Of a DNA stretch of 64,000 nt, positions 62,328 through 64,000 are shown piece after piece. Below the pieces are notes generated by a model. It ran no database searches. It saw only the letters and a program-made list of their open reading frames with translations, and had not been told where the DNA came from. Every line of letters begins with the position of its first letter. Within the stretch, counting starts at the first letter, position 1. This DNA is from the human T2T-CHM13v2.0 reference genome, Homo sapiens, in assembly GCF_009914755.1 (NCBI RefSeq), contig NC_060932.1. The stretch is one strand, 5' to 3'. Made by a program: the position numbers and the translations under genes.

Positions 62328-62955
62328 TTCAGATTTTTTCTTTTTGTTTAGTATTGCTTTGGCTATACAGGCTCTTTTTTGGTTTCATAAGAATTTTAGT
62401 ATTTTTTTCTAGTTCTGTGAAGGATGATGATGGTATTTTGATGGAAATTACATTGAATCTGTAGATTGCTTTGGGAAGTATGGTCACTTTCACAATATTG
62501 ATTCTACCCATCCGTGAGCATGGGATGTGTTTCCATTTGTTTGTGTTATCTATGATTTCTTTCAGCAGTGTTTTGTAGTTTTCTTTACAGAGATCTTTCA
62601 CCTCCTTGTTTAAGTAGGTTTCTAAATATTTTTTTTTTTTTTGCAGCTGTTGTAAAATGCATTGAGTTCTTTATTTGATTCTCAGGTTGGTTGTTGTTGG
62701 TGTATAGCAGTGCTACTGATTTGTGTACATTGATTTTGTATCCTGAGACTTTACTGAATTCGTTTATCAGATCCAGGAGCTTTTTGGATGAGACTTTTGA
62801 GTTGTCTAGGTATATAATCATATCATCAGTCAACAGTGACAGTTTGACATCCTGTTTTCAAATTTGGATGCCCTTTATTTCTTTTTCTTGTCTGATTGCT
62901 CTGGCCAGGACTTCTAGTACTATGTTGACTAGAAGCTGTAATGGTGGGCATCCTT
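62328..62955 (-). mobile_element. L1PB ORF2 RT-region fragment (inverted segment)
   Basis: ORFs 62329-62601 and 62585-62833 (TDDMIIYL...[11 protein letters not shown]; WKHIPCS..GRINIVK). Confidence 0.85.
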
Positions 62956-63342
62956 CAAGTGGATAAGGAAAATGTGGTATATTACACCATGAAATACTAC
63001 TTAGCCATTAAAAGGAACAAAGTACTGTGTTTTGCCTCAATATGGGTGGAGCTGCAAGCCATTATTCTAAGGGAAGTAACATGGAATGGAAAACCAAATA
63101 TTATATGTTTACATTCATAAGTAGGAGGTAAGCTATGAAAATGCAAAGGCGTAAGAATAATATAATGGACTCTGGGGACTCAGGGGGTAGGAGGGATAAG
63201 GGATAAAAGACTGCATCTTGGGTACAGTGTACACTGCTCAGGTGACAGGTGCAGCAAAATCTCATAAATTACCACTAGGGAACTTATCCATGTAAACTAA
63301 AATCACCTGTACCCCCAAAATTATTGAAATAAAATAAATAAA
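62956..63342 (+). mobile_element. L1PB2-type 3' end
   Basis: gggtacagtgtacactgctcaggtga...gaacttatccatgtaa...cacctgtacccccaaaattattgaaataaa tail. Confidence 0.85.
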
Positions 63343-64000
63343 ACAATCCCATTTACATTTCCTACAAAAATTAAAATATTTAGGAGTAAATTTAACCAAG
63401 GAAGTGAAAGATCTCTGATCTCTGTTCGGAAAACTATAAAACATTGATGAAAGAAATTGAAGAAGATACAAACAAATGGAAAGATACCTTGTGTTCATGA
63501 ATTGGAAGAATTACTATTGCTAAAATGTCCATACTACCCAAAGTGATCTACAGCTTCAGTGCAATCTCTATCAAAATTCCAATGTCATTTTTCACGGAAA
63601 TAGAAAAAATAATTTTAAAATTTGTATGGAACCACAAAAGACTTCAAATAGCCAAAAAATATCTTGAGCAAAAAGAATAAAGCCAGAGACATCAAAGTAC
63701 CTGATTTCAAAATTGCTACAATGCTATAGTAATCAAAACAGCACGTCACCAGCATAAAAACAGACCCATGGATGAGTGTAACACAATAGAGAGCCTAGAA
63801 ATAAATCCACACATCTATAATCAATTGATTTTCAACAAAGCTGTCAAGAATACAGGATGGAGAAGGTATAGCCTCTTCAATAAATGGTGTTCGGAAAACT
63901 GGATATCCACAGGAGAAAGACCAAAATGAGATCCTTATCTCACATCATGTACAACAATCAACTAAAATTGGATTAAAGACAGAAACATAAAACCTCAGAC
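63343..64000 (+). mobile_element. Old L1M ORF2 fragment running off the window end
   Basis: aatttaaccaaggaagtgaaagatctct...aaatggaaagatacc...tcttcaataaatggtg L1 ORF2 sequence. Confidence 0.85.

Overview
AT-rich primate genomic DNA (human or great ape, judged from the AluY and L1PA4-6 insertions) dominated by interspersed repeats. I cannot support any cellular protein-coding gene, RNA gene or CRISPR array: every ORF I recognise in the supplied track is a decayed LINE-1 ORF1/ORF2, Alu or ERV-L pol fragment. Layout: (i) 1-13 kb holds L2, old L1M, an AluY/AluSp pair sharing one target site, a truncated L1PA and a full-length decayed L1PA15/16-type element; (ii) 13-38 kb is mostly unique intronic or intergenic DNA with MIR/L2/L3/MER relics, a MADE1 hairpin and an ERV-L pol relic; (iii) 38.6-43.6 kb is a cluster of six solo LTRs; (iv) 48-64 kb is a nested L1 pile-up. 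I found no new multi-gene system. The most unusual signals are mechanistic scars: an L1PA insertion whose 5' junction carries a ~234-bp inverted copy of neighbouring genomic DNA inside its TSD (51590-52102), two templated-insertion scars (28.2 kb, 59.4 kb), a MADE1 hairpin with a compensatory base pair, and a CpG-retaining LTR with intact promoter motifs. Subfamily names come from recalled consensus features and need RepeatMasker/Dfam confirmation. Boundaries of old repeats are approximate.
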